Below are positions 45,539 through 54,596 of a stretch of 54,596 nt of DNA, piece by piece. This DNA is from a virus (taxonomy: Duplodnaviria > Caudoviricetes). The first letter of the stretch is position 1. Each line of letters opens with the position of its first letter. A program made the position numbers and the translations under genes. The stretch spans positions 1 through 54,596 of the IMG/VR virus record IMGVR_UViG_3300017719_000011; one strand, 5' to 3'. A model generated the notes under the pieces. The model was not told where the DNA came from. It did not search any database and worked only from the letters and a program-made list of their open reading frames with translations.

Positions 45539-48500
45539 TGGCTGCAGTTATATATGGGACTCCGCCTCCGCCAAGAATTGATGATTTGACGATTTGGGTC
45601 GATCCTGCGAATAAAAAGTGCACTAATATTAATTATGAGACGCTATATCCTCGAGGTGAAGAACCTGCTTCGATAGCAAATACAATAACTTGCTTGAAAT
45701 CCGGATTAACTAATCTAAACAACGACAGCACTAAAGGGTTTGAAGCAAGATTAGGTGTTGTAAATGCTTTTCATAGTAAGTGGCATTACTCTTTCGGGAC
45801 AGGATATAATCCACCTCAGTCAGCGTCTAATGAATCAACCGCCGACTTTCAATATAATCCTAGCACTAAGCATCAATATCCTACACAACCAAAATCCTGG
45901 GCTTCTTATTCAAGTGGAACTTACAATTTTTACGGATTCACCTCACCGGGACATTTTCAAGTCCCGTATCCTTTAGTGTTACCAGAAACGAGCACTTCAG
46001 GTTCATCAATGAACGAAAAAGGCATCAATGCAGTTGATGACTTGTATTTTAATAATGTAAACCCGAATAGCAGTAGTGACAGAAAAGGATTTTTTTCTAG
46101 ACCATCAAAAACTTCAGAGGCCCATGGCGTATCTCCTGAGATAGATGGTAATTCTAATAATGAACCAGGGCAATTGTTTCCAACGTCCTTAAACTCTTCT
46201 CATGGTCCCGCCGCAGGCACACAGGGATCATTTAAGAGATTGATGACTGAAACTGTTGACAGGAAATTTACATCTCATTCAATTCCATCGTTCAATTCAG
46301 GATTTCATTTAAAAGTTGCTAGAAATATGCCCCAGTTGTATGCAACATCGCCTATACTATTCCAAAGAGGTGGTCATTACCACACTAAGGTTTGGGACGA
46401 CAATGCGCCATTCTCTCGTCCTCATGAAAACCATATCGATCTTGAGGGGCAGATCATAAACTTATCAACTTTTAATGAATTAGACTACGTTGACTTTATT
46501 GCTGACTCAGATAGAGAGAATATAGGAGAATTATTCGAAGTTGGTCCAATTATTGATTCAGATTCTGAGTATTTTTATCACGGCGTACGCCCAGCGAATA
46601 TGCAAACAGGGGTTACAGCAACTCGTACAGACACACCAATTCCGACCTGGGCGTTTGATGCCTATAGAAATCCTGTATTGCCGCTAGAGTTAGATGATGC
46701 CCTTAAAGAAAACCCATTTAACAAAGATCCTGCACCCGCAAGAATGTTCACATTAACATATGCTGGGGTTATCACCAGTGATCATGAAGAATGGGACGGA
46801 AACACATCTGGGGGTGAGTATGATTATCATAATGAAATAGCAGATGTAGGAACATTTAATTTTTGGCACGGCGATGCTGCAGTGAGTAGTCGGGACGGAA
46901 ATATAAACACATTGTTTATGCACAGTGAGGGTGACTCTCCGAGCGACCAAGCACATGGGATATACAACGACATGTTCAATAAGTGGGCAACTGATAGGAT
47001 ACTTCTTAACAAAGAAGATTGCGATTTTAATAATCCTACAGTGAATGATAATATTGTTCCTCCGAGAACATTGTACATATATAAAAAGTCGACTGGTGAG
47101 CTGATGACTATAATAAGAAGGTCTCATGATTCTAGTCGGTTGTGGGGATATGATGACAAAGAGTATAATACCTTTCCTCGAGCAGCAGACGGGTTTGCCA
47201 CACCTAATAGAGATGTTCAAGGTTGCGAATTGACAGGATTTGAAGCAGGTGAAAATAATATACCTGGTGGCGATTTTAGATTACTTAAAATGTTTAGAAG
47301 TTCTTCTGGGTATAATATAGGAGAAGAATATGTTTTTGTTGAAATGATTGATGGGTACGGAAGATCAGGGCACAGCAGGAAAAGAAATTTTATGATTTCT
47401 CCTATAAAACATCATCAACCAGATTTTTATCCAGGGGCATTCAGATTCTTCGGTTCAAGCATTTCTAATTCTCAAAACCATAACGGCAAGGGCATTGAAT
47501 TTGATTACAACATTCTTGAGCCGCAACAGCACGACCTTCGAATTTTCACAATATCTCAATGGATAAGAACGAATTGGCAAAAAGGTCAACAAGTTACTCC
47601 TGCAACCACACATCCTGTAACTGGTGAAGATGTTATAAACTTTAAACGTGTAGACGGCAATACCTCGAGCAGTCGATTGATGCCATATAACGAATGGGAT
47701 CATATGCCTACAACATTTTCTATAGGCGAGGAGTTGATGTGTTTTCCTGCACCATATGGAATCAATGGATTTCCTAGTAACGGCGGGAATGATAGGGTCA
47801 CATACTATGGTGGCTCGAGTGGCTCGAATAACAATTATCCGTATGCCTTAAGCCCATATTTAACACTGAGTCAACAGCGTCAGCTTGCTGCAAAACTAAT
47901 TGTATTAAAAGCAGTAGAGAACCCCGGTGATGGTCCGGACGGGGTCATATTTGATAAAATGTATGTAAGCAAGCACCCAACATTTGACGAAAGGATTTGC
48001 TGGGGACAGGGTAACTCTGGTAAAGACTTCGCTATCATTAATGATACAGATTCAGCATCTGAAATTGATACTGTGATTACTAGTTTAACTTTAGCAAAAT
48101 TAACATTTCCAGGAATGTTTAATGAATATATTACTGATGACGGTCAACCAAGGATAGATATATCTGTCATGCAAGACACAGAGATAAAGATAGTTTACGA
48201 ACGACTAACTAGTGATTATCCAGTCGAAACCTACAACGGCCAACCAAGGAAATACACCCATATTGATGTTTGTCATCGCAGTAAAAAGTTCACACCGTCT
48301 GGAGATCGAATCCCAGGATATTCATACCCTATAACAAGTGATAATACCTTAGATGGGTATGACCACGGGACGATTACTGAAGGAAACGGCGATACCCCAG
48401 GTATTCGCCTTGATAGATCAGACAAACTTTATATAGGTAGATCAAGTGGCGGATATCCTTACAACGGAACATTGACTGAAGATCAGATTTTCGCCACACT

Positions 48501-49137
48501 CACTTATAATTTATTGGGAGGCGAAGATGACACCGTTTCTAAATCAGGATGCTTTTGTATTCAGTTAGCATCTGCTGATGGAGCGGGTACAGGACCTAGT
48601 AATTATCCTGTTGTTGATAAGTACACATTCACAAATACACCTGAAAACACAGCACCAAATCCGCAATGGCGACATTTTAGTAATACAAGGATTGCTGACA
48701 ATAATTGGCATCATGTTGTTGTAACTTATGCAAAAGCTAATCATGGCGTGAATCTCGTGCCTAATGGCAGCTGTAAAATTTACATTGATGGTAAATTAGA
48801 TGCTGAATACGGATCTTCTTCTTATCCTAATGTTGGGTGGAATGGTAATGTCAACTCCAGCAATGGCGCAATTAATAGAAATTTACGCATAGGTGGAGTT
48901 CCGGCAAGCTATAAAAAGGATCTTGATACACCGATATGGTATGCAGGGGCCAATGAGTCAGCTAATCATCAGTGGTATGTAATAGCGTCTGGAGTTCCAG
49001 CAAGTAGAGCCAATGCCGTCCAGGGGTTTAGAGGTGAAATAGGACCTACTCACTTTTATGAGGATGCTTATCTGGATGAATCTGAAGTTGCTCAATTGTA
49101 TCAATCTTTAAAGTCGAGGTATATTTTTAATGATTAA
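45538..49137 (+). CDS. Concanavalin A/LamG-like lectin-fold protein with very large insertions (putative receptor-binding)
   Basis: 1199 aa. LamG elements DDLTIWVDPANKKC (N-term), FTISQWIRT, NNWHHVVVTY...KIYIDGKL...LRIG...FRGEIG...EVAQLYQSLKSRY (C-term). Confidence 0.65.
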   Translation: MAAVIYGTPPPPRIDDLTIWVDPANKKCTNINYETLYPRGEEPASIANTITCLKSGLTNLNNDSTKGFEARLGVVNAFHSKWHYSFGTGYNPPQSASNESTADFQYNPSTKHQYPTQPKSWASYSSGTYNFYGFTSPGHFQVPYPLVLPETSTSGSSMNEKGINAVDDLYFNNVNPNSSSDRKGFFSRPSKTSEAHGVSPEIDGNSNNEPGQLFPTSLNSSHGPAAGTQGSFKRLMTETVDRKFTSHSIPSFNSGFHLKVARNMPQLYATSPILFQRGGHYHTKVWDDNAPFSRPHENHIDLEGQIINLSTFNELDYVDFIADSDRENIGELFEVGPIIDSDSEYFYHGVRPANMQTGVTATRTDTPIPTWAFDAYRNPVLPLELDDALKENPFNKDPAPARMFTLTYAGVITSDHEEWDGNTSGGEYDYHNEIADVGTFNFWHGDAAVSSRDGNINTLFMHSEGDSPSDQAHGIYNDMFNKWATDRILLNKEDCDFNNPTVNDNIVPPRTLYIYKKSTGELMTIIRRSHDSSRLWGYDDKEYNTFPRAADGFATPNRDVQGCELTGFEAGENNIPGGDFRLLKMFRSSSGYNIGEEYVFVEMIDGYGRSGHSRKRNFMISPIKHHQPDFYPGAFRFFGSSISNSQNHNGKGIEFDYNILEPQQHDLRIFTISQWIRTNWQKGQQVTPATTHPVTGEDVINFKRVDGNTSSSRLMPYNEWDHMPTTFSIGEELMCFPAPYGINGFPSNGGNDRVTYYGGSSGSNNNYPYALSPYLTLSQQRQLAAKLIVLKAVENPGDGPDGVIFDKMYVSKHPTFDERICWGQGNSGKDFAIINDTDSASEIDTVITSLTLAKLTFPGMFNEYITDDGQPRIDISVMQDTEIKIVYERLTSDYPVETYNGQPRKYTHIDVCHRSKKFTPSGDRIPGYSYPITSDNTLDGYDHGTITEGNGDTPGIRLDRSDKLYIGRSSGGYPYNGTLTEDQIFATLTYNLLGGEDDTVSKSGCFCIQLASADGAGTGPSNYPVVDKYTFTNTPENTAPNPQWRHFSNTRIADNNWHHVVVTYAKANHGVNLVPNGSCKIYIDGKLDAEYGSSSYPNVGWNGNVNSSNGAINRNLRIGGVPASYKKDLDTPIWYAGANESANHQWYVIASGVPASRANAVQGFRGEIGPTHFYEDAYLDESEVAQLYQSLKSRYIFND

Positions 49138-52030
49138 GAATAAAATACCGAGAAGATTACCTTGCAGTGACAGGTTGACTGCACTAGTTGACCCCAGAAA
49201 TTCTAAATGTGTTGGAGGATCATCTCCCGGAACTTATGTATATGATGCTATTTCAGGAATGACAGGAAGCGTATCGCATATTGATGTAAAAAGATTCGCC
49301 GAGGCAGGTTATTTCGATTTTGGGTCTGCAGCACCTTCTGATACAAACCTAAAAGGTCGTGAGTACACATTACAATCTAATTTTGAAGGAAATGCGTGGA
49401 TGAGTTTCCCACATGAATTTGGCGGTGATGCATTCAGTAATCCTGATAAGGGATACGAAGGCACATTTATGATGTGGTTTTGGGTGCCACCTAATAACGG
49501 CACAGATGATTATATAGAAGCCAGTGCAGAGAATCATACTGGAGAATATCTTACATGGCTTGCAGGCAGCCAAGTTAGTCGAACAGGTGATACTGATGTG
49601 TTTGCGCCGATTTTAACTCTTAATCCGATGTCTTCGACAAGAGCAGGTGATTTAATTGAGAGTCAAACAAAAACTCTATACGGTTTTGACTTCAAGCAAG
49701 ATAACATAGTTAACCGCATTTATGATTCAACTCCTACTAAAACCAACGGGTTTTATAATAATGCAAGAACCAGGTTTCCGGCCATCAATGGTAATAACCC
49801 TGAACTTGTTAAAGGAAGGTGGCAGTGCATCGTATTTAAAGCTAAGACTTTTACAGGAGAACACAATGACGATGCGCCGAGTTATTCATATAACTTTGAT
49901 CAGGCACCTCCTTTCTTAACAGAGAACATGAGAGGTGTAATGTATTCCTGCTATCACAATGGTAAGCCGCACCAGTCATCAGATATCAATAGAGTTATAT
50001 GGGGTGATGAAACTGACCGATTCAATGAATTGCGAAATGATGATGAAAAAATTAAATTTAATGCATTTGGTTCTGGCCCAATAAGGTTTACCACAGGTAC
50101 ATATTCTGATAATAATATAACAGACACAGACGATGTTTTTAACAGAATACCTCGAGCATTTAGAGGGCGCATAGGGTTAATAGCGATATGGGATAAGGGA
50201 CTATCGGATAAAGAAATTGAACAGGCATACACCGCATATAAAGATTATTATATAGATACGCCTAGGTTTGAATACGATGGACCTTTGTTTATTGGTATTG
50301 ACGAAACAACTTCAGCAAACGATGCGCTTTTAACAATAAAAGAAACTTTGCCGGCGCTGGATGAATATTCTCTGCCACAGGTAGGTACCGTTATTCCTAA
50401 AATTCAACAATTAAATGCAGAAGTACAATTAGAAATAGAAAACACAGATGATTACGATAAGTTTACATTAACAAGAACATCGGGATCAGATATTGTTTCA
50501 GTTGATATATTAGAAGATTATGATTCAGCAACAAAATCGATATATAAGGTTAATCTTTCAGCTAAGGTTAATGATATTCCTGATTTAAACACTGACGATT
50601 ATCTAGAAGCAATAAATTATCAACACTCTCTAGGAGGGACTAGAGATATTGCGGATTATGTAAGATCTGTTACTTCGATTCCTCTTACATTCTATTCAGT
50701 GGCATTCTTAGATGATGCAGGCAATGTATTAACACAAGATGAAACAATTGATAACTTAACGCAAGCGCAATTAGTGCAGAAAACTAAAGCTAATAATGAT
50801 CCTTTCTATACCGCAAAAACAAACCTTACTAATCAGGTAGATGGTGTACAAATTTACTATTATATAGGAAATGATCAGCAATCGAGCACTTATTTTGACA
50901 TAGATCAAGACGGAAATGTATATTGGGATGCGAATAATTTTATTGGGGTAACAACATGGCTTGTTGATATTAGAGCGATTATACTAGGTGCTGCAGGGCA
51001 AACATTCCAACATAAAGTATTTGTTGATCCTATACCAACCTCTGATATATTTCTTCCAAGCCGAGGGAATACATATGATTCCTCATATGAATACAATGAA
51101 CTTATAGCCAGAGATTTCAGCGGGTGTACTGCATCAACCCTCCCTAATAAGTCATTCAACTATTTGACTGACAAATTTTATGATATTGATGGCATTAACA
51201 CTAACTTTTTTGAATTAGTGCCGAGTACTCATGGTGTTCATAATCAATATTTTGAAATTAACAAAGCGACAGGTGCATTATTTATTGATCATCAACCTAA
51301 CCCCGGGCTGTTAAGCGCTTATGATGTTACAATACGGGCAACAGAATTTGAACAGCGCAAGATTACCTCATCAGGCAGTGTTCAACCAGATTCTGGTGAA
51401 TATTATGAAATTGTACACCTCGGAGAAGATGTTCCCAATAACCCAAGAACTGTACAGGATGTTTGGAATGATATTGTAGGAACCACCGGCATTACTTATA
51501 GTGTAGGGTCTACATTCTATTTGACAAATGGTCTTAATGCAACAAATATAGCATATTTCGCTGCCCAGCATGCGAATCCTCCAGTATTGAATCTGTTAAG
51601 CTCCCAAATCTCGAGAATTGAAACGGCACAGTCAACAACAATAGATATTAGGTTTATAGTACAATGTGTAAGGCAATCCATAATAACACCCGCAAATGAC
51701 TTGCAAGATGTTACAGGTCTCGGCGGCACGGTTGGCACATTTACATTCACGCCTGAAATAATAAATTCTCCGAACGGTCAGTTCACAGTGAAATGGGAAT
51801 ATAAAATACCTTCAACTTCTGGTCTTGGGGCAACAACATCGCAACCTACTGATACCTGGATAGGATTCTCGACTGTTGTCTACAGTGCCACCAACAATGA
51901 CACTGCCACTTTTCCGATATATTTGAATATCGCTTATGACAGAATTCAATTTAGGGCACGGGTAATTGCACCAGAAAATTTAGTCGGCGATACAAGCAGT
52001 AGAGAGGCAACGCTTTATGTGCCATTCTAA
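49130..52030 (+). CDS. LamG-like lectin domain plus cadherin/Ig-like repeats (putative adhesin)
   Basis: 966 aa. DRLTALVDPRNSKC...TFMMWFW...GRWQCIVF...FRGRIGLIAIWDKGLSDKEIEQAY, followed by cadherin-like segments (IDETTS..., YFDIDQDGNVY, YFEINKATGALF...YDVTIRATE). Confidence 0.6.
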   Translation: MIKNKIPRRLPCSDRLTALVDPRNSKCVGGSSPGTYVYDAISGMTGSVSHIDVKRFAEAGYFDFGSAAPSDTNLKGREYTLQSNFEGNAWMSFPHEFGGDAFSNPDKGYEGTFMMWFWVPPNNGTDDYIEASAENHTGEYLTWLAGSQVSRTGDTDVFAPILTLNPMSSTRAGDLIESQTKTLYGFDFKQDNIVNRIYDSTPTKTNGFYNNARTRFPAINGNNPELVKGRWQCIVFKAKTFTGEHNDDAPSYSYNFDQAPPFLTENMRGVMYSCYHNGKPHQSSDINRVIWGDETDRFNELRNDDEKIKFNAFGSGPIRFTTGTYSDNNITDTDDVFNRIPRAFRGRIGLIAIWDKGLSDKEIEQAYTAYKDYYIDTPRFEYDGPLFIGIDETTSANDALLTIKETLPALDEYSLPQVGTVIPKIQQLNAEVQLEIENTDDYDKFTLTRTSGSDIVSVDILEDYDSATKSIYKVNLSAKVNDIPDLNTDDYLEAINYQHSLGGTRDIADYVRSVTSIPLTFYSVAFLDDAGNVLTQDETIDNLTQAQLVQKTKANNDPFYTAKTNLTNQVDGVQIYYYIGNDQQSSTYFDIDQDGNVYWDANNFIGVTTWLVDIRAIILGAAGQTFQHKVFVDPIPTSDIFLPSRGNTYDSSYEYNELIARDFSGCTASTLPNKSFNYLTDKFYDIDGINTNFFELVPSTHGVHNQYFEINKATGALFIDHQPNPGLLSAYDVTIRATEFEQRKITSSGSVQPDSGEYYEIVHLGEDVPNNPRTVQDVWNDIVGTTGITYSVGSTFYLTNGLNATNIAYFAAQHANPPVLNLLSSQISRIETAQSTTIDIRFIVQCVRQSIITPANDLQDVTGLGGTVGTFTFTPEIINSPNGQFTVKWEYKIPSTSGLGATTSQPTDTWIGFSTVVYSATNNDTATFPIYLNIAYDRIQFRARVIAPENLVGDTSSREATLYVPF

Positions 52031-52052
52031 CTCTATTGCACATTAGCTAGAA

Positions 52053-52060
52053 TATAAATA
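52053..52060 (+). promoter_or_regulatory. T4-type late promoter
   Basis: Exact intergenic TATAAATA, 29 nt before ATG 52090. Confidence 0.75.
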
Positions 52061-52089
52061 CTTAAGTAAACTAATTTTAAGAGAATAAT

Positions 52090-52617
52090 ATGGCAGATTC
52101 TGATAAAAACATTTTGATAACACCAAGAACTGACAGTTCTGAAACTCCTAGTATTGATTTCACAGGTGATAATGATTCGCCTATGAAAATGCAAATATTC
52201 GACTCGGGTGATTTAGTATTCACAGGATCTTCTGGCACTTTATTTACGATCTCTAACGATGTTTCTGATGCATTATTTCAAGTCAATGATGTTTCAGGAA
52301 TATCCTTAGTAGATGTAAATGACTCTGGAGCAATTAGAATGGCGCCAAATTTATCAGGCGGGCATCTCTTAATAGGGTATGGCCAGCTGAGCACTCTTCA
52401 TTCAATTGCAAATCAGAGTGATAGATTTCAGGTTAATGGATCGATATATGTTGATGGTGATATTAAAACTGCAACTGGTGTCACAATCAAACCATTAGGT
52501 TCAGCGCTTGCTAATAATGCGACAGGTAATCCGGGCGACATAAAGGTTGATGCAGATTACATATATGTTTGTACCGCCACAGATACTTGGAAACGAGCTG
52601 CTCTGCAAGCTTGGTAA
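52090..52617 (+). CDS. Small fibre/collar-associated structural protein
   Basis: 175 aa. MADSDKNILITP start, LFQVNDVSGI motif, C-terminal G.PGDIKVDADYIYVCTATDTWKRAAL..W motif common in phage fibre proteins. Confidence 0.6.
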   Translation: MADSDKNILITPRTDSSETPSIDFTGDNDSPMKMQIFDSGDLVFTGSSGTLFTISNDVSDALFQVNDVSGISLVDVNDSGAIRMAPNLSGGHLLIGYGQLSTLHSIANQSDRFQVNGSIYVDGDIKTATGVTIKPLGSALANNATGNPGDIKVDADYIYVCTATDTWKRAALQAW

Positions 52618-52633
52618 TTAATCGGAGACAATA

Positions 52634-53587
52634 ATGGCACAGCCAACAACTAAAAAAGAATTCAAAGAATGGTGCCTCAGGAAACTAGGTAAACCAGTCA
52701 TTGAGATTAATGTTGACCAGGATCAAGTTGATGATCGTGTTGAAGAGGCATTGTCTTATTATTGGGATTATCATTTCGATGGTGCTGAAAGAATTTATTA
52801 CAAACACGAATTGAAAGGATCTTACCTTACTGTTGCAGATGCGACAGGTTTTGCTGTTGACGATACTGTAACAGGCGCAACAAGTGGCGCTGAAGCAAAA
52901 ATCATTTCAATTGAAGGTAACAATATTTACTACAAAGATTTGATTGATAGTGATGTGCCATTTCAATCAGGTGAAGATGTAACAAGCACAAGTCAAAGCA
53001 CGCAAACTGCAATCAGTTCAATATACAAAGGATTGCATGAAGCAGGTTATATCACAATGCCTGAAAACATCATTGGAGCAGTTAAGGTTTTCGAGTTAGG
53101 ATCTAACATCACTGCAGGTTCAGGTATGTTTAATGTTCAATACCAATTTGTTCTAAATAACTTACATGATATTGTCAACTATAATTTAACACACTTTTAC
53201 ATGTCAATGCAAAACCTGCAATTTATGGAAGAGCTTCTAGTTGGCATGACACCTATAAGATACAACAGACATGTGAACAAGTTGTATTTAGACACAAAGC
53301 ATGATCGGTTAGCGATAGGAAAATTTGTCGCAGTCGAGGCTTACAAAATCGTTGATCCTGAAGTTTATCAAGATGTTTACAAAGATCGATGGTTACAGAA
53401 TTATGCATCAGCGAAGATCAAGTATCAATGGGGTTCAAACCTCACTAAATTTAATGGCATGACATTACCCGGTAATGTGCAGTTTAACGGCGAACAAATT
53501 TTAAACGATGCTAGAGAGGAAATACAACGGTTGGAAGAGGATATGATTACTTCATACTCTTTGCCCGTTATGGACATGATAGGATAG
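52634..53587 (+). CDS. gp13: Neck protein gp13 (head-tail adaptor)
   Basis: 317 aa. KEWCLRKLGKPVIEINVDQDQVDDRVEEAL...YHFDG and DRWLQNYASAKIKYQWGSNLTKFNGMTLPGNVQFNGEQI are gp13 signatures. GGAG RBS. Confidence 0.95.
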   Translation: MAQPTTKKEFKEWCLRKLGKPVIEINVDQDQVDDRVEEALSYYWDYHFDGAERIYYKHELKGSYLTVADATGFAVDDTVTGATSGAEAKIISIEGNNIYYKDLIDSDVPFQSGEDVTSTSQSTQTAISSIYKGLHEAGYITMPENIIGAVKVFELGSNITAGSGMFNVQYQFVLNNLHDIVNYNLTHFYMSMQNLQFMEELLVGMTPIRYNRHVNKLYLDTKHDRLAIGKFVAVEAYKIVDPEVYQDVYKDRWLQNYASAKIKYQWGSNLTKFNGMTLPGNVQFNGEQILNDAREEIQRLEEDMITSYSLPVMDMIG

Positions 53588-53591
53588 CGTC

Positions 53592-54587
53592 ATGGCTAAA
53601 AATTATTATTTCGAAAATTTTGAAAACTCGATGGAGCAGTCTCTTGTTGAAGACCTTGTTATCGAGTCGATTAAAATTTTCGGGGTTGATTGTTATTACA
53701 TACCCAGAGTAACACAAACAAAAGTTCCTGCGCCAAGAGAAACAGCGAATGCTGTTATCGCTCCTGATAACATTACAGGTGGGGAGATCACAGGCGTCAC
53801 ATTTTTGAACAGAGGGTTCGGATATCTTTCTGTGCCAACAATAACAATCGGCGATCCTGCATCTGGAACAACAGCAACTGCAGAGGTTAATCTTACAAAC
53901 GGTGTAGTTTCTGGCGTGACTATTACAGATGGCGGCTCGGGTTATGATGTTAATAATCTGCCGTCTGCTGACATTCAAGAGGTTACAGAAACTAATGTAG
54001 GGCAACTCGCTTATATTGATAGTGGATACGATGATCTTTTAAATGAGGATTCGCTTCCGTCATATAATTCATCATATGAAGTTGAGATGTATGTTAAAAA
54101 TGTTGATGGGTTTGAGGGTGAAGGTGATTTCTTATCAAAATTTGGTTTACAGATACGTGATTCAATGACTTTGACAGTTGCGATGAGAACCTGGGAAGAA
54201 GAAGTGGCGTTCAATGTTGAAGATGAACGTGTGAGACCTTTAGAGGGTGATCTAATATTCTTCCCGCTAAATAAAAAGATATTTAAGATTATGCATGTTG
54301 AACACGAAGCAATATTCTATCAAATGGGATCATTACAATCATATGATCTTAAATGTGAACTATTTGAATACAGCAACGAAAGATTTGACACAGGTATTAG
54401 TGAAATTGATGACTTGTATGACAGATACAAAACAGTCGTTTCAAACACTGACAATAAACTAGAAGATGCTGTTGACATTGTGACACAAGATGTAGGTGAA
54501 AACGCTGATAACTTTGTTATAGAAAATACAGGTGATAACATCCTTGACTTTAGTGAAGGCAATCCATTTGGGGAGAAATTCTGGTAA
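53592..54587 (+). CDS. gp14: Neck/head-closure protein gp14
   Basis: 331 aa. EQSLVEDLVIESIKIFGVDCYYIPR, EMYVKNVDGFEGEGDFLSKFGLQIRD, RPLEGDLIFFP, VEHEAIFYQMG...CELFEYSNE, DFSEGNPFG. Confidence 0.95.
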   Translation: MAKNYYFENFENSMEQSLVEDLVIESIKIFGVDCYYIPRVTQTKVPAPRETANAVIAPDNITGGEITGVTFLNRGFGYLSVPTITIGDPASGTTATAEVNLTNGVVSGVTITDGGSGYDVNNLPSADIQEVTETNVGQLAYIDSGYDDLLNEDSLPSYNSSYEVEMYVKNVDGFEGEGDFLSKFGLQIRDSMTLTVAMRTWEEEVAFNVEDERVRPLEGDLIFFPLNKKIFKIMHVEHEAIFYQMGSLQSYDLKCELFEYSNERFDTGISEIDDLYDRYKTVVSNTDNKLEDAVDIVTQDVGENADNFVIENTGDNILDFSEGNPFGEKFW

Positions 54588-54596
54588 TGTTCGGGA
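54587..54596 (+). CDS. gp15: Probable start of tail terminator/sheath stabiliser gp15 (truncated)
   Basis: TAATG overlap with the gp14 stop, then ATG TTC GGG (M-F-G), a usual gp15 start. Only three codons are visible, so the call rests on synteny. Confidence 0.5.

Noticed and set aside
46375-46383. HYH as an iron-binding HxH fibre-tip motif
   Set aside because: Single occurrence in a lectin-fold protein, without the repeated HxH pattern of T4 gp37/gp12-type tips.
1532-54562. Dozens of 60-155-aa alternative-frame and antisense ORFs in the ORF track
   Set aside because: All lie within long, motif-supported genes, lack recognisable motifs, and look like shadow ORFs arising from codon bias.
1-54596. 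CRISPR arrays, tRNAs, rRNAs, integrase/transposase, introns, inteins, homing endonucleases, reverse transcriptase
   Set aside because: Coding density is near complete, with gaps of about 70 nt or less. I saw no spaced direct repeats, cloverleafs, or LAGLIDADG/HNH/Hint/RT motifs. The inserts found are structural-type modules.
1-54596. Assigning the phage to a cyanobacterial host because of the phycobiliprotein-like motifs
   Set aside because: No photosynthesis or other host-diagnostic genes are in the window, and this gene layout is shared by marine T4-like phages of heterotrophs.
1-54596. Alternative genetic code or programmed frameshifts
   Set aside because: Standard-code ORFs tile the window with coupled starts and stops and intact termini, so there is no fragmentation to explain.

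Overview
This window is the virion-structure region of a large, AT-rich T4-like myovirus with the marine cyanophage/pelagiphage-type layout. The host cannot be named from this window. Gene order is: end of baseplate wedge gp6, gp7, gp8, a VrlC/DUF4815-like protein, about 42 kb of tail-fibre/adhesin/appendage genes, neck gp13, head-closure gp14, and the first codons of a probable gp15. Genes are tightly packed and often coupled by TAATG overlaps, and T4-type late promoters (TATAAATA) precede several blocks. One large gene lies on the minus strand and has a palindromic back-to-back late promoter. The top finding is six KCxRD helical domains in two putative virion proteins that align by eye with the bilin-binding globin fold of phycobiliproteins, suggesting pigment-carrying virion appendages. 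Also notable are a 1519-aa LRR protein with domains nested several levels deep (including a complete type-1 copper site), two small plug-in modules scattered through many structural genes, and a six-gene, 21-kb appendage cassette containing a paralog pair. All family calls come from motif recognition by eye, not database searches.
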